Shown here piece after piece: positions 44,843 through 64,000 of a stretch of 64,000 nucleotides of DNA. Source of the DNA: the human T2T-CHM13v2.0 reference genome, Homo sapiens; assembly GCF_009914755.1 (NCBI RefSeq), contig NC_060945.1, one strand, 5' to 3'. The position numbers and the translations under genes were made by a program. A model generated the notes under the pieces. The model did not search any database. It saw nothing but the letters and a program-made list of their open reading frames with translations, and was not told the DNA's origin. Each line of letters opens with the position of its first letter. Position 1 is the stretch's first letter.

Positions 44843-45084
44843 AGGATATTACAGTTTCGTTTGCCTTCCTTTCTTCACTTACCAGTGTATCCTAGAGATT
44901 ATTCCATAGTAGTACATCAAGATTCTTCATTGCTGTTTACAGATATATAGATATCCATTGTGTGGAGGTACATTTAATTTTCTTTTTAAAAATAAATTTG
45001 GATCTTACTGTATATAGAATTTTCTATCTTTTCATTAAGCATTTCATTAAGTATTAAGCATTTCTCTGTTAAAAATGGTTATTT

Positions 45085-47990
<2,906 letters not shown>

Positions 47991-49548
47991 CGATTTAAAC
48001 ATTCTGACCAGATCCTGAAAATCAGTAGACATCATGGATGGGCATTCCCAGACAACAGAAACTGAATGTTATAAAAGGGACTCAAACCACCACATCCATC
48101 CACACTGATGGACTGTAAGACAATGAAATGACTGATTTAACTCAATAACCATCCATAAATATATTCATCTGCTCTCTGGAATGAGAACTATTTTATTGGA
48201 GAACTGTTAGATCTGGACTTGACAGAAAGCTTACCAAAAGGACCACTTTTCTTTGTTTTAACATAAAGTAGGACCTCCTCCATTATAACAGCAGTACTTT
48301 CCCAAACAGGAAAAGTGGAAGACATGGAAAGCTACAAGGGGAAAGAATCACTAAAAATACCACTCCCTAAAACATTAATGTTAAAGAAATAACATGTTTT
48401 GGTCCACAAAACAGTTTTCCTCCACTAAATGCCTACAACCAAACAAATTTCTCATACTTGGTAAGTGCTTTTTGTATCAAAGAAAATAGTTATGGAATTT
48501 GTTTTGGTTTTATGTATAGATATAAAAACATGAACAACTTAGATACATACATGAAAACAGATTTGCTTTTACATGACAGACATACGCTAAGATGAATACA
48601 ATATTACCTAAAAGGCCCAATAATATCACTTTGGTATACAAGAGTGAAAATTGAGGTTGCTCATTATTTTCTGTAGATCACATATTAATTTCATGTGAAA
48701 AAAATTTATTGGAAAATAGGGAATTTTAACAACAGAAGAAATAACTGAGATTAAAACGTGGAGGAAACGAACCTGATATTTACTTACTTCAAGATCATAG
48801 AAAATACTCGTGTTTCAGCATCAAATATTACAGAATTAAATCCTAAATTAATTCCATTTATGTTTATGTCTATACAGACTCAAACTAGCTAATGTAAGAT
48901 ATGCAGGAGAATTCTTAATATGATATCAATGCCTTCTCCCAAGTCATCCCTTATAATGTAATCCCCAGGCTTTTGACAACCAAGTGCTGTTGAGGAAAAT
49001 CAATCCAGTCATCTCTTTAATTATTTTAATTCCTTTTCCTTCCCTACTACCCAGGAACATTATCTGGGAAAAGCTGCTATTTTGAAAATAACTACAAATG
49101 TCTGTGTGGTAATTCCTGGCCAAAATGGTGAGGGAGAATACAAAGGCCCTGAACGGATGCACTGAGTAGGTTTTTAGGGAAGTAGCCTTTTAATCAACAG
49201 TTTAAGGTAGAGGGTTGACTTCAAAGAGAGGTTTCACGTAACACAATGCAATCTTTTCAGCACAGGGAAAAAGTCCCTTAGCACTGTAGCTGTGCTCTCT
49301 TAGAGAATGGTCATTTCCAGATAAACCAGTCCAGCCACAGAGTGAACTCTTGTGCACTGCAACAGATGAACATTTCTAGTTTGAGCTGCTTCTGTTTTTC
49401 CTTCAAACCACTCCCTTTCTGTGCCCTCTATTAGACAACATAATTATTTAGTGCAGCACGCCAAGTGAAGCAGTTAGTAATGCTTTGTTACAGAGGGGGC
49501 GCATCCATGATTAATTCACACCCTCTCTCTATTAACTTTGGAATCTTA

Positions 49549-50112
<564 letters not shown>

Positions 50113-50472
50113 TTATTACTAGTAAAATATACAGATATGCAAATATGCACATATGCATAATCTCTCTCCCATGCCCCCATGCACACACACCACACACATA
50201 CACACAAGCGTAAGTGTAACTAGAAGGGGACAAAACTATCATTTAATGAATACCCATGCTTTAGGCTAGGTACTTTATATATAACTACCTCATTTAATAC
50301 AATTCTTTAAGATCAGTTGTAATATATTTTATAGCTGGAGATTTTACATCATTTGTCCAAGATTACATAGCCACGAAGTGACACAGAATGGATTGAAAAC
50401 CAGGTCTTCTTTGACTCTAAAATCTGTACTTAGATTTCTATTATAACAGCTAGACTAAAAGCTGTGATAATA

Positions 50473-51090
<618 letters not shown>

Positions 51091-53049
51091 AAACCAACCC
51101 CATGACAATAGCTGAAATTTACTAAGTGCTTATCATATGTCAGGCATTAAACTAAATGCTTTCTGTAGATTATCTGATGTAATCCTTTCAACAATATGTT
51201 ATGGGTAATTAGAGTATAACATGAGAATCCAATGTAAAGAACTTATATATTCAAAATGACCCTCAAAAGGTCATCAAATTGCATAAGAGTCTATCTATTT
51301 ATACAGATACCGATTTTCCATCTCTCAATAAATCCAACACAGTTAATTTTTCCTGTTACTTTGGCTGGGCACCAAATGAAGTAATTGGCATGTGTCCAGG
51401 GGTCTATCTTAAACAAAAAGTCTCCAAAAATTATCAGTTAGCACCAAACTTACCTAATTGAATTTGAGTATGTTAAATACATTTGTAAATCACTGTACTA
51501 TTATCCCATTTTAAAGATAAACACATGGAAGCTTGGGGATGTCCCTTGTCAATGAGCACACAGCTAGGAAGTGGTGAGACAGAGCCCATTGTCTATGTGC
51601 CTATGCTAGTGCCCCACAGGTGTGTGCATTTGTAGGATATAGAGGTATATGTATGTGTGCACCTGTGTATGTAAATGTATATGTGGTGTGCAAGTGTATG
51701 TATTCATATATCTAGATTCGGAGAAGGAGAAATTGAAACTGGATTCTAAACTCTAAAAATGTCTGATCCTCATTCTGGAGAGGGAAGGACACTTAGTGGC
51801 CAGTGTCACCCAAGTCCTAACCTTAAACTACTGGTCCAAGTGTGGACACATCTGAGATGTGGCTTAATATGTCTGCTCCAGGTGGTGGGAAAGGCAATTC
51901 TACCTGTGATAGAAACAATGAACCAAGAGAGCCAAAGCATGCTTTCTGGGGATAAAACATTTGAATCATAACTATGAAAGAACTCATAGATTATACAACA
52001 CAGTATAACATCAATAACTGGTGGCCTGTCTTTGCAATTATACCTTCAAGTGTATTTATTTTCCCATGGTTTAGTAGGGGCTATGGCTGAATATTAAGTA
52101 TTTTAGAATAGGCTTCTGAGCACAGTAAGTGGAAAGCAGAGCAGGCCAGCCTCTAGGACATCTACTAGAAGGCCTGCGAAGAGGTGTCTGTGGTTTTGTT
52201 GAGGCCGTACACTTTAATACTCTGGGCACTGGCTAGGGAAGCTCTAGACCCAGGCCGTATGGATCAGGCTGGTTTAAAATAGGGGTGGGCGAGGACTGAC
52301 ATGTTCTACACTATGGCCAGCATGACTGAACCTGACCCCCAACTTGTAATGTCTTCCAGCTCTTAGGTGCTCTGACCCTGGAGGAGAGGGATTTCACTGA
52401 GATGAGAAGGATGTGTGATGGGATCCATGGGCACTGGAGGCTTATATTTCCCTCTCATGCCATGCTCAAGTGATGGGAGGGCAGAGGCATGAGAGGGTGC
52501 TAAGGGACTAAACGCCATGGCCACAGGAGCTCTGGCCAAGGCCCCAGGAGTCAAGAAGTGCACAGAGGGCATGGATGCGTTGGAAAGGGGAGGTGCTGGC
52601 CTTTTAAAGATCATATGGCTTGGACAAGGAACATGTAAGTGGTAAAAATGAAGGGCAGAGGCTTCTCCCCCAGTATTCTTCTTTGTGTGAGGCCCTTTCC
52701 ATGTCCCTGCCCCCTCATATTCCCTTATTCCCCAAACGTGTCTGAGATTGACTTTCCTGTCTACCCTAGTGAGTGGGTGGGGAGGACAAGCCAGGTTTGT
52801 TGGCTTCAGAAAGGTAAGTACACCACTTGCATTTGATGGGTATGTAACAAATTCATACTGTATCCATCACGCATACTTGATGGAGGAATATATACTCCAA
52901 GAGTAATCAGTTTTAAAAAGCTAAATTATAAGGTACTTAGAATTCGAAATGCAATTTCTCTCTTGTAGAAAGTTTTATAAATGCCAACTGCCCTCTTGCA
53001 TGATCCCACAAAAGCTTACCATCAATATAAAATGTAGTATATAGATTCA

Positions 53050-53590
53050 AGATCTCTTATTGTAAACCCTTGGAACCAGACTGTTTCAGAATTTGGGGGT
53101 GGGTTTTAAAGGTGAGTGCATATATGGTATTTTCCACAGTTCTCTCATTGGGGTCTGGAACAACACCCTTTAATGAAACTATATTTTTGCAGTGAAATTA
53201 TAATCACTATTCACACTAAGTGAAATAAGTAAAGATCTGTTTCATATTAGTTCAAATAAGGTTTTTGTTGCCAAATCAACTTTGATGCCAAGGATATGAA
53301 AGATGTTGGGTTTTTGGAGATTTGTAAATTTCAAATGTGGATAAGGAATTGTGTGTTTGTAGGATCTAACCATGATGTTCATTTTTGATGGAGTCCAGGC
53401 ATGAGAGAAGTACTGGACTTTTCATTTCCTGCCCTGGGCCTTGCCAGTGGAGGTAGGACCCCCAGCTCTCTAGAAAAGTAACATTTAACCTTTTGAGACT
53501 CTGATGAAAGGTACAGGGCCTTCTAGAAAAGTTTACAAACACACATAGACACAAAAAAATGCATAGAATTTCATGGGGTTCACAGACATG
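53050..53590. mobile_element. DNA transposon fossils (MER46C-like ~53050-53360; MER103-like ~53480-53590)
   Basis: CCCTTGGAACCAGACTGTTTCAGAATT...GTGGATAAGGAATTGTG; TTTGAGACTCTGATGAAAG...AATTTCATGGGGTTCACAGAC. Confidence 0.55.
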
Positions 53591-53980
53591 TGTCTTAGAT
53601 AAAGAATCCCTGCGCTATAGCAGGGGAACTGAAGATTCTGGGTGTTCCAGAAGTGGCACAGAGGGTCCTGGACACAGCTGGTAACAGCAGACTGGGGATG
53701 CAAGATGCAAGGTGGACATGGCGGTGGCAGATGCACTCCCCAAACAGCAGGCCCTTTATTGTCCTCCTGCTGACTGAAGTGCTCTGATGGTCAACATGGA
53801 CAAGAGCCCCAGCTGTTTCTATATAAGGAATACTTATGAGCTCAAGATTGCCTCAAATGGGAGGAAGGAATTACAGTCTGGGCAGGGAAGGAGGAAGAAA
53901 GGAGATCAAAGATAACACAAGCTAATTCCAATTTGGACAGCTGGGAGTTGATAGAGCTGGTACTTTAAAAATCTACAAAG

Positions 53981-54297
<317 letters not shown>

Positions 54298-54763
54298 TTA
54301 TTAACAGCCTTTTGAACCATCTCTGTTTCAAAAGATGGTGTTTGCCAATATGTCTCACCAGACTTGGAGACCATCCTCTTGGGGTGCTGAGATAGGTATT
54401 TACATTTCACTGGCAATTCAAACACTGATTCTTCAGCTGAGATGAAAGGCAAGAAGCCAGTGAAATCCAAGTATTGTGGTACTCTGTAACAAGGCCACCT
54501 GTTAACTAAAAACAGAACTAACCTCACTAGTAGGCTCCAGTAGGGTAAGCCATGCAGGGGGCTAGGCTTTACATGTGAAGCCTTTCTGTTATTTTATAAT
54601 TACTCTTAATTTCTCTATTTCCTAATTTCTTCTATAAAAGTTCACCTATAATACACATTTACAATATGGGAAAACAATAAAACTGAGTATGAACCACTTC
54701 AAACACTAGTGCAGTAAAATAACATCATTATGACAGAAATTTGGTCTTGCTTGGGAAATTTTA

Positions 54764-55165
<402 letters not shown>

Positions 55166-55173
55166 CTATGCTT

Positions 55174-55533
<360 letters not shown>

Positions 55534-55743
55534 TAAACTTTGAATACTTTCAATAAGCCCTCTTAGTTGTCTAAAGTGATAATTTAAAATGGAAGGAATA
55601 GAAAGTGAAATACAAGAAAGACCCCAAATTTATACCCTTAATAAAATTAACATTAGTTACAAAGCAGATGGTTCTGCATTTCTTTATTATGCTACTGCAC
55701 TAAGGACGATACCACCACAAGTATCTCTTTTATAGCAGCTTAC

Positions 55744-55824
55744 CTCAAAAGCAGATTGAAACAAACAGATCCATCTTCTGAGGTCTTTAAAAGGATTTAC
55801 CTTTTCATTTAATTCTCAATTCTC
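55744..55824 (-). other. LCA5L: LCA5L 5'UTR exon (81 nt)
   Basis: Acceptor CTCTTTTGCTTTCTTGATAAAACAG|GAG and donor GAG|GTAAGC in unique sequence 640 nt upstream of the ATG exon. Confidence 0.75.
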
Positions 55825-56429
55825 CTGTTTTATCAAGAAAGCAAAAGAGAATTTAACTGGCATTAGATCCTTTGCAATAGGAATCTAATATCACTTTCTC
55901 TACTGAGAGGGTTTTTTTTGAAGTCAGTTTCTGCTTTTTGCTGCATCTGCTTAATTCTCCAGCCTTCTCTTCTGATGAAATATATTAGGCAGTCCACAAT
56001 CTCCTCACTACAAGAAATCAAATGATCTTAGTAATAATTAATATTAGCATTACACTTAATATCTAACTAGTGCTCTTACTTTGTACAAACTTATTTCACA
56101 TCACCTCATCTCAGCCACCTAGAGGGAATAGGTTCAGACAGGTTTAAAGTTCAGAGACTGTCCCTGTTTCTTAGCTCCAGGGGCAGTGCTTTTTTCATTA
56201 AGCACCATGACTGCAACACCACATTGGTGGGAGCATTACACAATCCTAAGGCAAAGAATTTCTCTTTCCAGACACATTCTGCTGTGTAGTGGTGGGCAGA
56301 AGCAGATCCTTATTTGTGAACCTTTGCATCTAGATTAAGAAGAATCCAGGCTGGGCATTGTGGCTCACATCTGAAATACCAGCACTTTGGGAGGCTGAGG
56401 TGGGTGGATAGCTTGAGCTCAGAAGTTTA

Positions 56430-56624
<195 letters not shown>

Positions 56625-57184
56625 TCAAAAACAAACAAACAAACAAACAAACAAACAAAAACAAAAAGAAGAATCCCAGATGTTGGTGTAAGGGACCCTG
56701 AAAGACTACAAATGCTCCCGTGTAGCCCTCATAGCCTTGCCTGTCCTTGTCCCCAGGAGCTGTTCCTCCCTGCCCTCTTGCTCATGACCTCAGTCCCTAA
56801 TTTCCTCCTCACCTATCTTGGTAAATCCAAATGGCTCAAACAATGGTTGCTAATCCGCAAGAAGAATTTGTTTTTTTGGCCAGTTGTTTCTGACTCAAGC
56901 TAGAGTTCGGCTGACTTCTGCTAAAGCCCCTCCTTCTTCCTCACTTTAGAACACTCCTTCAACAAGTCTTCTTATGCAGGCAATTTTGGATAAAGGCTTA
57001 ATTCAAGAGTGTTTTTCATGTTACATTCACAAATTGTCCAGCTACAGTAGTGGGAGGGAGTGGGATGGAGTAGAAGGTGATGGACAATTTGAAGGCAGAC
57101 CGGCTTGGGTTTGAACTTGGGTCTGCCTGTCACTTAAGTGCTCTTGTCCATCTGTAAAATGTGAGTGACACCACCAATCCCATA

Positions 57185-57540
57185 GGGTTGAGAAAGAAAA
57201 GAAGCTTATCTGAGGAATGCAACCCCCTTTAAATGACCAGGCCCAAAGAGGCACTGGAATGAGACAGCAGTCACGTCCCCCCATCCCCCCAGCTGAGCTA
57301 AGTAATCATTTCTAAGCTGCTTGCTCCGTGGGCTCTGACTGACACCACCAATAGCTATAAATTAACCTAACAATGCCATATGCTGGACACCACAGCTCAT
57401 ACCCTGTGGTTCAAACAACAATCTAATCGCCAGTCACTGTTATTTCTGTAGACCAATGAGAATTCCTGAAAAACGACGTTTGCAATTGTCCCTCTCCTGA
57501 CTTTGTCCTTTTTTCTTTAAAAAATGCAAGCCTCTCACAG
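57185..57540 (+). mobile_element. ERV1-type LTR fragment (MER34/MER39-like)
   Basis: AGCTTATCTGAGGAATGCAACCCCCTTTAAAT...GTTATTTCTGTAGACCAATGAGAATTCCTGA. Confidence 0.55.
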
Positions 57541-58113
57541 AAGACTAAAGTGAACTTCAATTGTCCCATGTTTGATAAAGTAGAAGCCTAGCCATCTTAG
57601 TCTCTTAGTTTAATAAAAATTGATGTAACAGCCAAAAAAGAAAAAAAATTCCAATGGAAATCCTGTAGAGCCACATAAGAATAAACAAGACTATAAATAA
57701 CTTCACTCTTAAAACAATTCTACCAGATTAAAATGTCCCCTAATGAGGCTTTCTAGACTTAGCTGTGAGAAAGGTGGTGGATTGGAAGGTGTTACCGCCC
57801 TCTCCACGTGGATGTGCAAGTCATAAGCCTCTGTGGATGCTGAGTTGTCCCATTACCTACTGGCTCCAGTGGATGTCTGTATTTTGCAGGATCCTTATAG
57901 CTAGAAGTAATTGTAGCTTCTTAAAAATGCTTGAAAAATCAAAAATCTGTCAATGTTTCAGTGAGAAGATCCCTTACTAGCAAAATTATCCACAATCTTT
58001 CCTGCTCAATAATTTGCCTAGCCTAACGTTAGGGATCTAGTTGCCTCAGGATGGGCAAAGGGTGGTCTTACCATAAAGACAATTTTTTTTTTGTTGGTGG
58101 AATGGATGAGTAG

Positions 58114-58409
<296 letters not shown>

Positions 58410-59119
58410 TAAGCCAGCGCGCCTGGCCTGCCATAAATTTTCTAGTGGATGTACTGTCAACTTGCTTTTGTCAAATTTCTAAAACACATAGTATAAGGCA
58501 GTGATCAATTCTACTATTGATCACTACTATAACCTAATCTGTCTCATGTAAAAAAAGCTACAAGCAACTTCAGATTAATTGCTGTGTTCACCGATTTGTC
58601 TTAAATAGGCAAAAATATCTGAAAATCAAAAATCATAATTTCAATCCATATCCTAAGACACTGAATTTTTGGGAGCTTACTAAATTTAAAAGTTGTCATG
58701 AATGCTTTATAGAGTATATTTAGATGCTATATTCTTTTGAAATAATATATTTACAACTTGGTAAGATCAGTGTATAAACTGACTGGCCCAGTGTTTATCA
58801 CAGCTTATTAATGTCAGTGTCACTAAAATCAGCTTTTAGGTAAAATCGGCTTTTAGGTAAACTCAGTATGCTTCTTTTTGCTACAACAAATAGACAATTG
58901 TTTTTAATATTAATGGCATAGTCTTTGACAAAAAGAGGTCATAAGAAAAACTGGGACCAGATGATAATAACACTTAAATGAATTTTGTACCTGATTCGCT
59001 AACATTTTAAAATGAAGATTTTAAAAAATGTATCAAATAGGTCAATTTATTTGGCTTACTGAGCGTACATATTTAACACAACTGATTCCTAAGCCTTTGG
59101 GATACAATTCTTTATTTTT

Positions 59120-60760
<1,641 letters not shown>

Positions 60761-62032
60761 TGAGTTCTATTCTTTTCCATGAAATGGCGACTGAGAGACA
60801 TTATCAGCAATGTAAACAAAAGTAAAACCCAGTTTGATTCTTGGCTATTACTATAGTTGGCAATGAATGTGTCCTGAATGCAGGTATCAAGTAGGATCAT
60901 ATATTCAGTCTGCTAAATACCAGTTTTCTCACTGACCTGTTAAAAATTGACTGATGACTAGTATCAGGCCTATAACTGTACTTTTAAGTTGATTAAACTA
61001 TTTCAGAAATCTTCATATTAATATACATACACTACACTTCTCTATTGTTATCAATAAAAAGTGTAGTTTCCACATACAAATTTCTGATTATGTGGTGCAT
61101 TTTTGAAAAATCCAGGCCTTAAACCAACCACCTACTGTTCTTTCTTTTGAGACGGGGTCTTACTCTGTTGCCTAGACTGGAGTGCAGTGGTGTGATCACA
61201 GCTCACTGCAGGCTTGACCTCCTAGGCTCAAGCAGTTCTCCCACCTCAGCCTTTCATTTAGCTGGGATTACAGGCACATACCACCATGCCTGGCTAATAT
61301 TTTTAGTTTTTGAAGAGATAGGGTCTCACTATGTTGCCCAGGCTGGTCTTGAACTCCTAGGCTCAAGCAATCCTCCCATCTCAGCCTCTCAAAGTGCTAG
61401 GATTACAGGCATGACCCACCATGTCCGGCCACTGATGTTCTTAATTAATTAATATGTTCAGTCAAAGAACATTTATTTAGTGTCTTCCAGGGACTGGGGT
61501 TATGAAGAAGGTAAGGCAAAAGGATCTTAAAATAGGCAAAGTTAGTAATTATAAAATTAATATCTACTATAGTTACACTAGTTTTTGTATCAAATTTACA
61601 GTATAGTTCAGATTTAGTTTGGCAGCATTTATATTTTGAACAGTTTACAGTATAGTGGTGCCTATTTTACTGCACATGAAGCATAATTTTATTATGTCTC
61701 TATCATTATGGAGTTTATAGTTGTTTCTTTGCTGTTATGACTCAGGAACACAATGAGTAATTATAAACACTATTCTAATGGAAAAAATCTGATCTGGTTG
61801 AGGTTACGTTTTCCCGGAATGCACTATGGTGAAAGGGATGGCTACTTAAAAGAACAGTAAACTTCTATATTATGCTTATCTAATTAGTGAATTAGAAATA
61901 AGAATGTTCAAGATCAAGGTATATGTCTGAATCATTCTGAATACAACGGTCAGGTGTCTTTTCTCCTGCTTTTGCAACAAGGCAGATGGAAAATAAAACA
62001 CACTAAAATGTTTGAAAGTGATTACTGCATAC

Positions 62033-62186
62033 CTGGTGTTCTTTATCAAACTTCCCTAAGATGTCTGATGATAAACTGAAGATAAGCACAGGGTTCTTCA
62101 CACTGTAGTATTTATGAGCTTTCCACGGTAGTATTTTTTTGACAGGTTTTGGTCTCTTTTTAAAGAAAGAATATATTTTAAAAAAC
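62033..62186 (-). other. LCA5L: LCA5L 5'UTR exon (154 nt)
   Basis: Acceptor CATTTTAG|GTT and donor CAG|GTATGC; alternative internal acceptors are possible. Confidence 0.6.
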
Positions 62187-63095
62187 CTAAAATGGTATTA
62201 CAAAAGGAAAATGTTACAATCTCACAAAGAAACATATTTATGTAATAAGAATAAGGTTTTGAAGCAGTTTTAATTAATATATATATATTCCCTTGTATTA
62301 TGGATTGGTGTGGTCTTGGCTCACTGCAACCTCTGCCTCCCAGGTTCAAGCAATTCTCCTGCCTCAGCCTCCTGAGTAGCTGGGATTACAGGCGCCCGCC
62401 ACCATGCCCGGCTAATTTTTTTGTATTTTTAGTACAGACGGGGTTTTACCATGTTGGCCAGGCTGGTCTCAAACTCCTGACCTCAAGTGATCTACTCACC
62501 TTGGCCTCCCAAAGTGCTGGGATTACAGGTGTGAGCTACTGCACCTGGCCACAGGCGGCTTTTTCTCTATGAAAGTGAATCACCTGTTGGCAGTTGATTG
62601 GGAAATTCTTGGATGTGATTATCAAACAGTGATGTTGAAGTAAGATTTGAAGGAGCCATACACAGCAGTGCCTTTTCAAGTTTTTGGCAGAAAAGATCTT
62701 GTGGCTCACCTGCCTGCTCTTTCTTTCCAGTACAGAGTTGAACATAAATAATTAAAGTTTTTGGATTATGTGTTTCTTGCCTGTCAACAATAAAAATAAC
62801 AAAAAGACGACCCTCTTGGTAGCTAATTGTAAGCACTGGATTGTATTTTAGAAGCAGAGACAGTGACTGATTTAGTATTATATACTAAAATGTATTCTGG
62901 TTCCATACTTTCATGAATTATCAGATTCTTGGTTAATAATACAACTAGAAAATCCTAATTCTTAAAAGTAAATATTTTGTTACACGCATATAATGAAAAA
63001 AATTCAGTAGTAAATTTATAATTAATTCATAAGGATAATTTAATTCAAATGATTACATCTGTGTTTCTGGCTGAAATTATTCTATGGGTAGGTAA

Positions 63096-63311
<216 letters not shown>

Positions 63312-64000
63312 TAGAACTCCTAGACTCAAGTGATCCACCTGCCTTGGCCTCCCAAAGTGCTGGGATTACAGGCATGATCCGGGCCACAGCACCCGGCCAG
63401 TAATTATATTCTTAACCAGTCCTGCCTCTTGGGAAAAAAAACTTACTCAGCATGCAAATTTTCCCTCTTTTCTTATCCATTCTCAACATTTCCTATTGCC
63501 TTCCCCATTTCATTTTTTCTCTTTAACACATACTATCTAACCTAACACCCATTTTACTTCCTCAGCCTGTTTGTAGCCTGGCTTCCCCACTAACTGCATG
63601 CTTCACAAGGCATGCATTCTGGCTCCTTTGTCTATTGCTATATCCTCAGTGCCTAGAGGAGTTCCTGAGAATATTAAGTGTCCAATAAATATTGATCAAA
63701 TAAATTAATGTTCCGGATGCCTCTGTGCTTAATTCCTCTCTTCATATCCATTACTCCTGAAAAAACTTCTCATTACTGCTAACCCAATCTGAAAAGCTCC
63801 AAATGAAAGCTTTCCCAATGTGATAAATACCTATCTCAAACAAAAAAACAGCTTTAAGCTTAATGGTGAAACATTAATTTACACTGATGTAAGAATTAAG
63901 ATAAGAAATGCCTACTATCACTGTTGTTCATTAATATTGTTCTGGAGGTACTAGGTCTAAATATTGGAAAAGAAGAGGCAAGTTATTATGTGGAAATGAA

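Overview
Alu-dense primate genomic DNA, recognisably the human chr21 GET1(WRB)/LCA5L locus. (1) At 341-4167 on the minus strand is a decayed, intronless RNF6 processed pseudogene, broken up by Alus and an MLT1 LTR. (2) GET1/WRB is complete on the plus strand: CpG-island promoter near 6.7-7.5 kb and 5 coding exons from 6971 to 23524 (174 aa). Intron 1 holds a CpG-rich 55-bp tandem array (12218-12620) and a candidate alternative promoter/first exon near 14.35-14.44 kb. (3) LCA5L is convergent on the minus strand: 7 coding exons from 55093 to 32467 (670 aa) plus two 5'UTR exons; its promoter lies beyond the window. The rest is Alu, L1, MaLR/ERV LTR and DNA-transposon fossils and microsatellites. 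I see no wholly new gene family. The best leads are regulatory: (a) an array of NRF1-type motifs at the position of the reported maternally methylated WRB DMR; (b) uORF and splice switches in both genes; (c) a plus-strand exon inside LCA5L that could replace the last GET1 transmembrane helix. Gene names, reference protein comparisons and repeat family calls come from memory and reading by eye, not from searches. Repeat boundaries are approximate.
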